Origin: a virus
Lineage: Duplodnaviria > Caudoviricetes
Virus record (IMG/VR): IMGVR_UViG_3300005522_000013
Location: 1 to 26,092 of that record
Direction: 5' to 3' (one strand)
Length of the DNA stretch: 26,092 nt
The notes below the pieces were generated by a model. It saw only the letters and a program-made list of their open reading frames with translations, was not told where the DNA came from and did no database searches. This document shows, piece by piece, positions 7,915-16,926 of the stretch (its first letter is position 1; the number at the start of each line of letters is the position of its first letter). Position numbers and translations under genes: made by a program.

Positions 7915-8886
7915 ATGTCGGATATGAGTAATCTGTACAGAGCTTATTCAGCTGTACACAGTTCTGAAATTAGTGATCAATTGAACGAGTCTAGAGATAT
8001 CATCTCTGATATGGAATTTAATCAGATGAATTCTGCGGACCTTCAAGAGGTCGCAGAAGAAATCATTGAAGAGATGTTCGTTAATACTCTTACTGTTAAA
8101 CAATCGAAAGAAATTGTCGAACAGATTATTAATGAAGCACTTAATGGTGAACAGTCGGAACTTAGATCTAGTAAAGTTGAGTATATTAAAGAGTCATTTG
8201 ATAGAGCCTTTTATAATTGTCACACTGAAGAGAGATTTACTACGTATAGACATTCAAAGAAAGTTCAAGAGAATTTTCACAACATCTCTAATGAAGAACT
8301 TGGAAATAAGAGACTCCATGAGGCACTGATTGCTCAAGAGAAAAAGACAATCAAAGAGGGTATTCTTTCTTTGATTGAGAAGAAAACAAAAGATTCTTCT
8401 TACCTTGAGACCAATATAAAGAATATAGAAGAGAATAACGAGAAGGCCCGTAAGGGTATGGAGAATATGGGTACTACTATGAAGAGCCCTCAACTAGAAG
8501 AGTTCTCTCAAATCAGACAAGATTGGAGTAGTGCTTATTCTTCCATGTATGAGGAGAAGGGTGGTAAGTGTGAGGAGTGTGGTAAAGAGAATTGTAAAGA
8601 ACATGTTGAGCTCAAGAAAGAAGTCCAACAGGTTGATGAAATTTTGGCACCTGTAGTCGCAGGAACCGTTGGTGCAGTAACTGGTAAGAAAGGTAGAAAG
8701 GTCAAGAAGGCAATTGGTGCAGGTTCTGGTGCTGCTGTTGGTGGAGCGTTGGGTGGCCCACTTGGTGCTGTTGCTGGGGGTCTCGCTGGTGGAGCAATTT
8801 CAGATGAAGTTCAACATAAAGGAACAACATTCTCTGAAACTGAATTGAAAAAGTTTGAAGATATTGCAAATTCCTGGGTAGACTAA
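7915..8886 (+). CDS. hypothetical late protein, probably virion-associated, with C-terminal glycine zipper
   Basis: Long E/K-rich ORF behind a late promoter; GAAVGGALGGPLGAVAGGLAGG near the C-terminus. Confidence 0.75.
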   Translation: MSDMSNLYRAYSAVHSSEISDQLNESRDIISDMEFNQMNSADLQEVAEEIIEEMFVNTLTVKQSKEIVEQIINEALNGEQSELRSSKVEYIKESFDRAFYNCHTEERFTTYRHSKKVQENFHNISNEELGNKRLHEALIAQEKKTIKEGILSLIEKKTKDSSYLETNIKNIEENNEKARKGMENMGTTMKSPQLEEFSQIRQDWSSAYSSMYEEKGGKCEECGKENCKEHVELKKEVQQVDEILAPVVAGTVGAVTGKKGRKVKKAIGAGSGAAVGGALGGPLGAVAGGLAGGAISDEVQHKGTTFSETELKKFEDIANSWVD

Positions 8887-8901
8887 TATCTAGGAGATCC
8901 G

Positions 8902-11511
8902 ATGAAAGACGTATTTAAATATCTGAAGGGCTCCAGGGAACTCCTGGAGTCCACAACCTCTGAGAGGGCGCAGGAACTTGGTTATAAATATCGTGCACGT
9001 GGTGTCTGGGGAGATCCTAGAACTGGTAAAAGGTATAGAACTGATGGTCTTCGTTTCGTAGAAATAGACGAACCTACTCCTCAAGAGAAAGAACCCAAGA
9101 CACAAGAACCTAAAACTCTTCGTAACTTTAGAAAAGACGCACCTAAACCAGAACAACCACAACAGAAGCCTTCTGTAGCTGACCAATATGCCAGGAATCT
9201 TCCTGGTGGTCCTGATGAGAGTGCATTTGAATCAGGTGATATTGAAGTAATTGCCCAGATGCTTGAGCGTGATATTTATGGTATTGTCACTCCTGAAAAA
9301 CATAAAGAATACTTGGTAAGAGCTCAACAAGAACTTGACATTTACAATCAAGAAAAACAACAAATAGCTGCCCAAGCCGAAGCAGAAGCAGCGGCAGAAT
9401 TAGGATCTGAACAGGAAGCTGAAGCTCAGGCTAAGGCAGATGAACATAATAAGTTGGTAAAAGATGCAGGTGAACCAGAGAAGACAGAATCAGATTTCAG
9501 GACTATTGATAAAGTTGTAGTTGATAATCTTGAAGAAAATGGTCAAAACTTTGATGGATCGATAACTCAGGGTGACGTAGATATTGCCACAGAAGAATCT
9601 ATACAAAGAGTTACTGATATCTCAAATACTGATGTAGAAGATCAAAGATTTGATGACGGAAGAGAGTCACAAAAAGAATTCCTTGACTACTACTCTAAAG
9701 ACTCTGAGAATAGAAAAGGTCTAGACACCTTGAATTCAATTGCCAAAACCGATGAGAAGGTTGAGCAATTGATGGATGCTATTAATAATGGAGACTTTCT
9801 TCAGGAAATTAATATCACACAGAAAGATAAAAGATCTGTAAGTCAAATACTTTTGGATGCTGGAATTGATGTCAATGATCAAGCTCAATTGGATTGCTTC
9901 AAAAATGCTCACAAAGAAATCAATAACTTTGTTGATGGTAAAGGTAGATTCAAGACAAGTGAATCTAGTGAATTGACAGGTAGTAACCTGGGACACTACG
10001 AGGCTAGACACATTGAGAAGAGAACTGATCTCTCAACTATGGATGCTGCGGGAGTACAAACTAAAGCATTTAACTTGAGGAATGATGCTGAATCTAATAT
10101 GCAATGTGTCACCCCTACGATTACTGATGCTGTTTATAACTTATTACCAACACCAGCTAGAAGTCAGTTGGCAAAGAGTGGAGCACCAGGAGAGAAAAAC
10201 CATTATGATCCTACAAAGAAAAATAGAAAAGGAACAGCAAATCCTATCAGAGGATCAGCAGCATTACATATGTGGGTGATACAAGATGGTAGAGACGCAT
10301 ATGCTGCAGCAGGTAGGAGAAGATCCCCTGGTGAATTCCAAGTAGAACATATTGTTCCATTGAAATCTGGTGGTAAAGATGAGATTGAAAACTTCTCTAT
10401 GCTCTTAAGAAGAGTGAATGAGCCCAGAGCAGACCTAAGCTTTGAAAAATTCTTGGCACAAGCAGTGACTAAAGCAGCTGATCTCATGGCTGACTTAAGT
10501 AATCCAAAGACCAGGGCTAAGTTTGAGAAGAAATATAGATCATCCAGATACAATGATAAGCTTGCACCCTCTGTAGGTGGATCAGTACAATCAATTATTG
10601 GTGATGATTTAATGAAGAATGTAAATCAAGATCTTGACGATAACTTAAGTGAGAAGGCTGCAGCCAAATTGAAAATTAAACCAGAGGAATTCAAAAATTA
10701 TCAACAAGAGGTTCAGGGTTTCCTTGATAAGAATGGATTGGATAGTGATACGAACATTAAAGATATGACGGCCAATCAAATGAATAGTATCTTTGATATA
10801 ATGACTGAAAATCTTGGTATAGATAAGTCCAAGATGATGGAATATATGGGTAGAAATGTCATCAACAATTATGATGTTGGTGGTAGAACAGTTATCAATA
10901 AAGAAACTGGAGAGTTGGAAAGAGGAAGAAGTGGAACCCAATCTTCTTCTGGTAACCTTACTACCATGCAAAACTCTATCATCGCAGATGATAGTTTTGA
11001 ACCTGAACAGAAGAAGGAAATGCTAAAAACAATTAATGATAACCACCAACAATTTAAGAAAGCTAGAAATACCTACATTGATAATCCAAATGATCCCCAA
11101 GCATTTGAAGAATATGTAGGTAGTATGTTAAATAATATTAGTTATCTTCAAGGAGATGGTGACTCACCACTCAGTCCAGATAGAAAATATGATACAAGAC
11201 TGACTCCTTCCGAGAAGAACACCCTTGACGACGACGTATTAAAGGGTATAATAGGTATGACGACAACTGATAAATCATCCCTCGCCAAAGATAAAGATGT
11301 GTTCTCTCCCGGCAGACAGAAAGAGATGACTCCCAAGGCCAAAGAACATGTAAAGGCTCTTCGTAAGAAGATGATTGATGCATACTCAAGGACAAGTGGT
11401 TTGACTCCAGAACAAATTAAAAACCCCGATAGTCTTAAGGCAGGTGATAAGAAAAAACTTCTTACATTGACTAACGCTTTAGAAAACTTCGACGCAGGAC
11501 TTGGATTATGA
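8902..11511 (+). CDS. large probable internal virion protein with central HNH endonuclease domain
   Basis: SD GGAG before ATG; QDGRDAY...VEHIVPLKSGGKDEIENF.ML...VN..R HNH motif at about 10285-10440. Confidence 0.8.
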   Translation: MKDVFKYLKGSRELLESTTSERAQELGYKYRARGVWGDPRTGKRYRTDGLRFVEIDEPTPQEKEPKTQEPKTLRNFRKDAPKPEQPQQKPSVADQYARNLPGGPDESAFESGDIEVIAQMLERDIYGIVTPEKHKEYLVRAQQELDIYNQEKQQIAAQAEAEAAAELGSEQEAEAQAKADEHNKLVKDAGEPEKTESDFRTIDKVVVDNLEENGQNFDGSITQGDVDIATEESIQRVTDISNTDVEDQRFDDGRESQKEFLDYYSKDSENRKGLDTLNSIAKTDEKVEQLMDAINNGDFLQEINITQKDKRSVSQILLDAGIDVNDQAQLDCFKNAHKEINNFVDGKGRFKTSESSELTGSNLGHYEARHIEKRTDLSTMDAAGVQTKAFNLRNDAESNMQCVTPTITDAVYNLLPTPARSQLAKSGAPGEKNHYDPTKKNRKGTANPIRGSAALHMWVIQDGRDAYAAAGRRRSPGEFQVEHIVPLKSGGKDEIENFSMLLRRVNEPRADLSFEKFLAQAVTKAADLMADLSNPKTRAKFEKKYRSSRYNDKLAPSVGGSVQSIIGDDLMKNVNQDLDDNLSEKAAAKLKIKPEEFKNYQQEVQGFLDKNGLDSDTNIKDMTANQMNSIFDIMTENLGIDKSKMMEYMGRNVINNYDVGGRTVINKETGELERGRSGTQSSSGNLTTMQNSIIADDSFEPEQKKEMLKTINDNHQQFKKARNTYIDNPNDPQAFEEYVGSMLNNISYLQGDGDSPLSPDRKYDTRLTPSEKNTLDDDVLKGIIGMTTTDKSSLAKDKDVFSPGRQKEMTPKAKEHVKALRKKMIDAYSRTSGLTPEQIKNPDSLKAGDKKKLLTLTNALENFDAGLGL

Positions 11512-11756
11512 TTGAAATCGACGATCTTCCTTCAATTTTACAAAACATCTACGACACATTGGTGATTGATGCCGATGATGTTGGTCTGGCATTGGATGAT
11601 ATTATGATGTATATCCAAGAATTTGATATGGATGAGGATATGTTATACTCCTTTATCAAGGATAAGGTAGAAGAGACAAAGGAAAAAAATGAAATAGAGA
11701 AGGGAAGAGAGATGATTGAATCATTGAAGAGATCCCTGAAGGATGTAATGATCTGA
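11508..11756 (+). CDS. small acidic hypothetical protein
   Basis: 82 aa, D/E-rich N-terminal two-thirds; ATGA overlap with the HNH gene stop. Confidence 0.75.
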   Translation: MIEIDDLPSILQNIYDTLVIDADDVGLALDDIMMYIQEFDMDEDMLYSFIKDKVEETKEKNEIEKGREMIESLKRSLKDVMI

Positions 11757-11757
11757 T

Positions 11758-11765
11758 GATAAATA
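11758..11765 (+). promoter_or_regulatory. T4-type late promoter
   Basis: GATAAATA, intergenic, 22 nt before ATG 11788. Confidence 0.6.
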
Positions 11766-11787
11766 CTTCTATGGAATCTGATAAAAG

Positions 11788-13059
11788 ATGAAAAGTTTCT
11801 TTAAATTTATTACAGAAGCAAGAAGTACACCTGTATCTGAGAAGGCCAAGAAACTTGGTTTAGTCAGTGATGGTAGTGGTGGATGGAAAGATAGAGCAGG
11901 TAAGATTGTTGCGAGAACAGTTGGTGGTAACCTTAAGTTCTCTGATAGAGGAACTTCTGCACCTACTACTGGTGGTGGTCAGCAACCCACTCAACAAAGA
12001 ATAGAAGTTCCTCAACAGAAGAGGGTTTCTGCTGAGGAAGAACCTACTACAAAGAGAAGTAGTGGTGGTGATGATAAGGAAGGTGGTGAAAGTAAAGGAA
12101 ATAATGAAGGAGAGACTGTAACCTTAGTGTTTGGTAGATTTAATCCACCAACTATTGGTCATGAAAAACTTCTTGATGGTGCTGCACAAGTTGCAGGTGG
12201 TGATGATATGAGAATCTATCCCTCAAGGTCAGTTGATCCTAAGAAGAATCCTCTGGAGACTGATCAAAAGACGGAACTGATGAAGAAGATGTTCCCAGAT
12301 CATGCTGACAGTATCATTAATGATGAAAGTATCAAGACTATTTTTGATGCTCTGAAGTTGGCAAATAGTGATGGATTTTCAAATGTCAAGATCGTTGTAG
12401 GATCTGACCGTGTTTCTGAGTTTGATAATCTGGCTCAGAAATACAATGGTGATCTCTATGATTTTGAAGAGATTGAAACTATCTCTGCTGGTGAAAGAGA
12501 TGAAGATAATGAAGGAGTTGCTGGAATGTCTGCTTCTAAGATGAGAAAGGCTGCAACTGAGAATGATTTTGAAGCTTTCAGAAAGGGTGTTCCTGATATC
12601 TTGGATGATAGTGCTGTGAAAACTATGATGACTACTGTTCGTAAGGCAATGAAAGTTCAGACTGAATCTTGGAGTTTGTGGGAAATTGCTCCTAAGTTTG
12701 ATTGGAAGAATTTGAGAGAGAATTATGTGACTGGTAAAATCTTTAAGATTAATCAGTTGGTGGAGAATCTGAACACAGGATTTGTCGGTAAGATTGTTCG
12801 TAGAGGGACCAATTATCTGATTTGTGTAACAGAAGATGATATTATGTTTAAGTCCTGGATCAGTGATCTCCGTGAATATGAAGAGAAGAAACCAGATACC
12901 CGTGTCGGAACTACCGGTTACTTCAAGTATGCTGCCAAGATGACTCCTGGTTTTGATAAGGGAGAGAAGAGAAATCTTCAACCTGGTGGTAAAGCATACA
13001 AAGGTCCTAAGACAAATATTCGTGAATTCATAAATAAATACAACAGTAAAACTCTTTGA
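11788..13059 (+). CDS. cytidylyltransferase-like (HIGH-superfamily nucleotidyltransferase) cyanophage protein
   Basis: FGRFNPPTIGHEKL, KNPL, VVGSDR, MSASKMR; N-terminus MKSFFKFITEA. Confidence 0.9.
   Translation: MKSFFKFITEARSTPVSEKAKKLGLVSDGSGGWKDRAGKIVARTVGGNLKFSDRGTSAPTTGGGQQPTQQRIEVPQQKRVSAEEEPTTKRSSGGDDKEGGESKGNNEGETVTLVFGRFNPPTIGHEKLLDGAAQVAGGDDMRIYPSRSVDPKKNPLETDQKTELMKKMFPDHADSIINDESIKTIFDALKLANSDGFSNVKIVVGSDRVSEFDNLAQKYNGDLYDFEEIETISAGERDEDNEGVAGMSASKMRKAATENDFEAFRKGVPDILDDSAVKTMMTTVRKAMKVQTESWSLWEIAPKFDWKNLRENYVTGKIFKINQLVENLNTGFVGKIVRRGTNYLICVTEDDIMFKSWISDLREYEEKKPDTRVGTTGYFKYAAKMTPGFDKGEKRNLQPGGKAYKGPKTNIREFINKYNSKTL
13029..13036 (+). promoter_or_regulatory. T4-type late promoter
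   Basis: CATAAATA (within CATAAATAAATA) 28 nt before ATG 13065. Confidence 0.55.
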
Positions 13060-13064
13060 GATTC

Positions 13065-13802
13065 ATGAAAAGAAAAAATAAATTTTCGGATTGGAGAGAG
13101 GATTTGATTGAAATTAATGGTATTCCTGAAAAGGAAGCGATGAGTGATGTTGAATCTGAAAAAGAAATTACTGAGAAGAAAGTAAAGAATAAGATTGTTA
13201 TTAATCCTGAAATGAAGGAAGCCTTCGCGGCAATTGGTGGCGAAGTTCTTGAGATTGTAGAACTTGATGAGAAAATAGATATCGAAAAAGCTGATATGGG
13301 TGATGTTGTTGATGACTTTTATAAGTCGGATGCTCCTCAGTTCAAAGGTAAGTCAAAGAAGAAAAGACGTGAGATGGCCATCGCTGCCAAGTTAAGTGCA
13401 GAAGATGAGATGGAAGAAGGTCATTGTATGTCAAAGACATCCATGAAGAATGAAGCAGTCTATGGTGGTGAACCTGAAAAGAAAAAAGACGCCCGCATGA
13501 CTATCACCAATGCTGATAAGAAGGCAAACACTCCTGCTTATCAGAAGTTCAAGGCAGGTGACAAACGTTACAAGGCTGCTGGTCACATGGGTGAAGAAAC
13601 TGAAGATTCTCTGAGAGATAAGAGAATGGAAAGAGGTGGTGTTGATGGTAATTACCGTTACGATAAATCACCAGTAGGTAATAAAAATTCTGAATATGGT
13701 AAAAAGAAAAGAGCACCTGGACCGTCAGCTTTTGATGTTGTAAAAGCTCAAATACGTGCCAAGCATGGTGATGGAGCCATTATCGATACGAAAAAGAAAT
13801 GA
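13065..13802 (+). CDS. hypothetical late protein, probably virion-associated, highly charged
   Basis: K/E-rich ORF behind a late promoter; modules such as DFYKSDAPQFKGKSKKKRREMAIAA. Confidence 0.75.
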   Translation: MKRKNKFSDWREDLIEINGIPEKEAMSDVESEKEITEKKVKNKIVINPEMKEAFAAIGGEVLEIVELDEKIDIEKADMGDVVDDFYKSDAPQFKGKSKKKRREMAIAAKLSAEDEMEEGHCMSKTSMKNEAVYGGEPEKKKDARMTITNADKKANTPAYQKFKAGDKRYKAAGHMGEETEDSLRDKRMERGGVDGNYRYDKSPVGNKNSEYGKKKRAPGPSAFDVVKAQIRAKHGDGAIIDTKKK

Positions 13803-14026
13803 TGAATAATAAGAAATTAAAAGAGGCATTGAGGTCTAGTATTCTTTCTGACCCTAAGGCAATGAGTCAGATTGCTGATAATGATAGAAAGAATAGAGAA
13901 CAGAATAATAGGATGAAGTATGGTAAGTTTGTATCCAGAGCAAAAGATGCAAAGGATAGGCTAAGACCTGGCGAAGTTAAAAGATATGATAAAAAATTAA
14001 ATAAGTGGGTTTCCAATAAGGATTAG
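13799..14026 (+). CDS. small basic hypothetical protein
   Basis: ATGA overlap with upstream gene; 75 aa. Confidence 0.7.
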   Translation: MMNNKKLKEALRSSILSDPKAMSQIADNDRKNREQNNRMKYGKFVSRAKDAKDRLRPGEVKRYDKKLNKWVSNKD

Positions 14027-14062
14027 TGATATATAGAGTATAGATAACCTATGAGGTTTATT

Positions 14063-14263
14063 ATGCTCTCAATATTACTTCCATTTGCATCGAAAATTAT
14101 CAAAGATGCTGTCGCAAAAATTCCTGAGAATGAAGAACTTGGTGAGAAGATGGTTGAGATCTGTCTTGTTATTCTTGCTAAAGCAGTTAAGTTAACTAAG
14201 ACTGATATGGATGATCAACTTCTTGAGGTTGTATCTAAGGCAATTAAGAATAGAGAAGAATAA
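14063..14263 (+). CDS. small hypothetical cyanophage protein
   Basis: GAGG SD precedes ATG 14063 (alternative ATG 14051); helical 66-aa product. Confidence 0.75.
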   Translation: MLSILLPFASKIIKDAVAKIPENEELGEKMVEICLVILAKAVKLTKTDMDDQLLEVVSKAIKNREE

Positions 14264-14269
14264 GAATTT

Positions 14270-14295
14270 AGAGATATACGGTCTCTCTTTTTTTT
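14270..14295 (+). terminator. intrinsic terminator
   Basis: AGAGAT-ATACG-GTCTCT stem-loop followed by C and T8. Confidence 0.6.
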
Positions 14296-14302
14296 ATAAA
14301 TA
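14295..14302 (+). promoter_or_regulatory. T4-type late promoter
   Basis: Perfect TATAAATA, intergenic, upstream of ATG 14336. Confidence 0.8.
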
Positions 14303-14335
14303 TTTCTATCTAACAAAGTTTATTAGGAAAAAGGC

Positions 14336-14860
14336 ATGGCACTTTGGGGAAATAATGACAATGTGGATAGCGTAGGAACCGTTATCCTCAATTATGCTAC
14401 TGGCGCTGTCACTGGATCTGGTACTTCTTTTGGTCAAACAGGATCTGCCCAGGTAGGAGATGTCCTTCGTTTTGGTACTAAGGCAACTACCTTCTTTGGT
14501 GATGCGGTAATCGTTTCTATCGCTTCAACACTTTCTTGTAGTGTCGGTTCTACTGCTGGTCTGAGTGGTGCTGCTATCGCAGGTGTTCAGTTCGGAGTAT
14601 CACAACTTCCAAAATATACCATTGTTGATTCACACTATAGTAAGTCTGCTACTTTGGCAAATGACTTCGATGCATTTGTATATGGTACAAGTGATGCTTC
14701 GACTGAGGCAGAATTGAATACATCTTATAAACTAACTGCTGGTGGTTGGGTTGGTATTACTACTTACAATGATAATGAAGGCACCTTGAGAGTTAAGAAC
14801 GAAACTCTGGTTGCTATGTCTGGTATCACTACAGGCGGAACTGCTTATCCCACTCCTTGA
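14336..14860 (+). CDS. virion structural protein
   Basis: MALWG N-terminus, G/S/T-rich, C-terminal GWVG...RVKNETLVAMS typical of cyanomyovirus structural proteins; late promoter. Confidence 0.75.
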   Translation: MALWGNNDNVDSVGTVILNYATGAVTGSGTSFGQTGSAQVGDVLRFGTKATTFFGDAVIVSIASTLSCSVGSTAGLSGAAIAGVQFGVSQLPKYTIVDSHYSKSATLANDFDAFVYGTSDASTEAELNTSYKLTAGGWVGITTYNDNEGTLRVKNETLVAMSGITTGGTAYPTP

Positions 14861-14866
14861 TAACTA

Positions 14867-15259
14867 ATGATTTTTAATGAATTGAATGAGGGAAATTTCC
14901 TTCTCTTTGCTATTAAATATTATGAGAATCCCCAAGCTCTGACAAAGGAGGATTTTAATAAAGACTTGAACCATTTCAAGTATATTAAAAGACTCCTGAA
15001 AAGATATAAGAATAATGGTGAATTGAAGATACATTTATTGATAAATCATTTTATCATTTTGTATAATATCTTTGGTGATGCTACTACTCCCATGTTATTT
15101 TTTAAGATTGAAAGGGACTTGTGGTCAACTGTAAAGACATTTGTTGTCTTTATGGACAAATTACCCGAATATCCCCATACATATGTTCACGACATTGAAT
15201 TGGATCAAAGGTGTTTAGAAGAATTGGAGAGAGTTACCAATGGACAAAAACAAGATTGA
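14867..15259 (+). CDS. conserved hypothetical T4-like cyanophage protein
   Basis: FAIKYYENP...DLNHFKYIKRLLKRY...HLLINHFIILYNIFG pattern; usual position upstream of primase. Confidence 0.8.
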   Translation: MIFNELNEGNFLLFAIKYYENPQALTKEDFNKDLNHFKYIKRLLKRYKNNGELKIHLLINHFIILYNIFGDATTPMLFFKIERDLWSTVKTFVVFMDKLPEYPHTYVHDIELDQRCLEELERVTNGQKQD

Positions 15260-15566
15260 TAAGTTTGTAGATGCATTTCGTACAGCACTACACAGTGAAT
15301 TTAGTGTCAATGAGGAAGGCATGGTGGCAAATCCTCCTGGGCAATCTGGTGGATTTAGTAGTTCTGCTAATCCCAAAGGTCCAGTAGCTGGTTATGATCC
15401 AGTTATTGAGCCCATGTATAAAAGGGATATGAAGTTGGATGGCAGAAACAAATATGTTAAAAAGGCCATCAAAGATTTGATGGATAGACAGCAGAAGAGA
15501 AAAGGTAAGAAGGAAAAGAAAAAAGCATTGGAATTTAATCCATACTTTAAACCATTCAATGGATGA
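15240..15566 (+). CDS. hypothetical protein
   Basis: SD GGAG; GGFSSSANPKGPVAGYDP motif and basic tail; overlaps both neighbours. Confidence 0.7.
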   Translation: MDKNKIDKFVDAFRTALHSEFSVNEEGMVANPPGQSGGFSSSANPKGPVAGYDPVIEPMYKRDMKLDGRNKYVKKAIKDLMDRQQKRKGKKEKKKALEFNPYFKPFNG

Positions 15567-15930
15567 GGTAAAGGTAGCAATAATCGAACAAAAGCTTGAC
15601 GATCTTAAGCCAATTATCGTCAAGCTTGATAATGCAATAGAGAAATTGAGTGAGGTAAATATATCAGTTGGCAGGATGCTTGCTGTTCATGAAGAACGAA
15701 TATCGAAACATGAAGAGGTTGACATTATACTCTTTGCAAAAATTGACAAACTCCGTGATAAAATGGACACAGATAATGACGGTGTGCTACAAAGACTTCG
15801 TGGACTAGAGAGGAGAGTTTGGATGGTAGTTGGGGCGTTGTCAGTCATTTCGTTCATTCTGTCGCCAATGATGGAAAACATGTTGACATTTCCACAAGAA
15901 CCTCTTACAATGAATAGAGGTTCCTCCTAA
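15559..15930 (+). CDS. coiled-coil protein with C-terminal transmembrane segment
   Basis: Heptad-like N-terminus, MLAVHEERI, hydrophobic VWMVVGALSVISFIL. Confidence 0.75.
   Translation: MDEVKVAIIEQKLDDLKPIIVKLDNAIEKLSEVNISVGRMLAVHEERISKHEEVDIILFAKIDKLRDKMDTDNDGVLQRLRGLERRVWMVVGALSVISFILSPMMENMLTFPQEPLTMNRGSS
15883..15911 (+). promoter_or_regulatory. sigma70-type promoter for primase-nrdAB
   Basis: TTGACA (15883-15888), 17 nt spacer, TACAAT (15906-15911). Confidence 0.75.
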
Positions 15931-15936
15931 TGGTTA

Positions 15937-16926
15937 ATGGATTTTATTGATGTTAAATATATTCAACTTATATCATCCAGACTCCAGAAGTTCAAAAAGA
16001 TAAAATCGTATCTATATAACTGTCGGTGCCCAATATGTGGTGATAGTCAGAAGAACAAGAGTAAGGCCAGAGGATACTTTTACCGTGTTAAGAATAATAC
16101 CAATTATAAGTGTCATAACTGTGGATTGAATATTTCATTAAATAACTTTCTGAAACAGTTTGATGAACCCACCCACAAAGAGTATATCTTTGAGAAGTTT
16201 AAAGGTAATTATACAGGAAAGAATTTTTCAACAGAACAACCTGAAGATATATTTAAAAGGGTCGAAAGTTCCAAACCCGAATTCAAGAGAAAGGTAGAGA
16301 TAGATCTTCCTACTGCTTTTGATGTTGGTACATCTAAACACTATCTTCACAGTAGAGCCATCTTTGAGGGGAAGTTTTACTATGCAGAAAATTTTCAAGA
16401 GTTTGTAAATACTCTTAAACCCGGATCATTTACAAATACCAAATATGGTGAGGAGAGGATTGTGATTCCTCTTGTTAGGGATGGTAAACTTATTGGTATT
16501 CAGGGAAGAGCCCTCTCTTCAAACCCTGTTAAATACTTAACCATCATGTTGAAAGATGATGAGCTCAAGGTCTATGGTCTTGATAGAATTGACAAAGAGA
16601 ATCCAGTTTATGTTACCGAAGGACCATTTGACTCCACTTTCTTATCCAATGCTATTGCTATGTGTGGTAGCGATGTTGACCTCAGCAGTTTGGATTATCA
16701 ATTCATATACGTCTATGATAACGAACCAAGAAACAAACAAATCGTTGATCGAATTTCAAAACAAATTGAAGATGGAGAAAGGGTGGTGATTTGGCCATCT
16801 AATATTAGAGATAAGGACATTAATGATATGGTCTTATCTGGTCATAAGGTGAAGGATCTGGTAGAGTCAAACATCTACCAAGGATTAGAAGCAAAACTTA
16901 AGTTTACAACCTGGAAGAGAGTATGA
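15937..16926 (+). CDS. gp61: gp61 DNA primase
   Basis: Zn finger CPICGDS...CHNCG, TOPRIM VTEGPFDS, YDNEPRN, KDINDM. Confidence 0.97.
   Translation: MDFIDVKYIQLISSRLQKFKKIKSYLYNCRCPICGDSQKNKSKARGYFYRVKNNTNYKCHNCGLNISLNNFLKQFDEPTHKEYIFEKFKGNYTGKNFSTEQPEDIFKRVESSKPEFKRKVEIDLPTAFDVGTSKHYLHSRAIFEGKFYYAENFQEFVNTLKPGSFTNTKYGEERIVIPLVRDGKLIGIQGRALSSNPVKYLTIMLKDDELKVYGLDRIDKENPVYVTEGPFDSTFLSNAIAMCGSDVDLSSLDYQFIYVYDNEPRNKQIVDRISKQIEDGERVVIWPSNIRDKDINDMVLSGHKVKDLVESNIYQGLEAKLKFTTWKRV

Noticed and set aside
8902-11511. Cas9/IscB call for the 869-aa HNH protein
   Set aside because: Only the HNH segment resembles Cas9; I see no RuvC motifs, no Arg-rich bridge helix and no CRISPR array in the window.
12379-12981. 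200-aa minus-strand ORF, and other shadow ORFs such as 5211-5705 and 18472-18960
   Set aside because: They lie within well-supported + strand genes and show no recognisable motifs.
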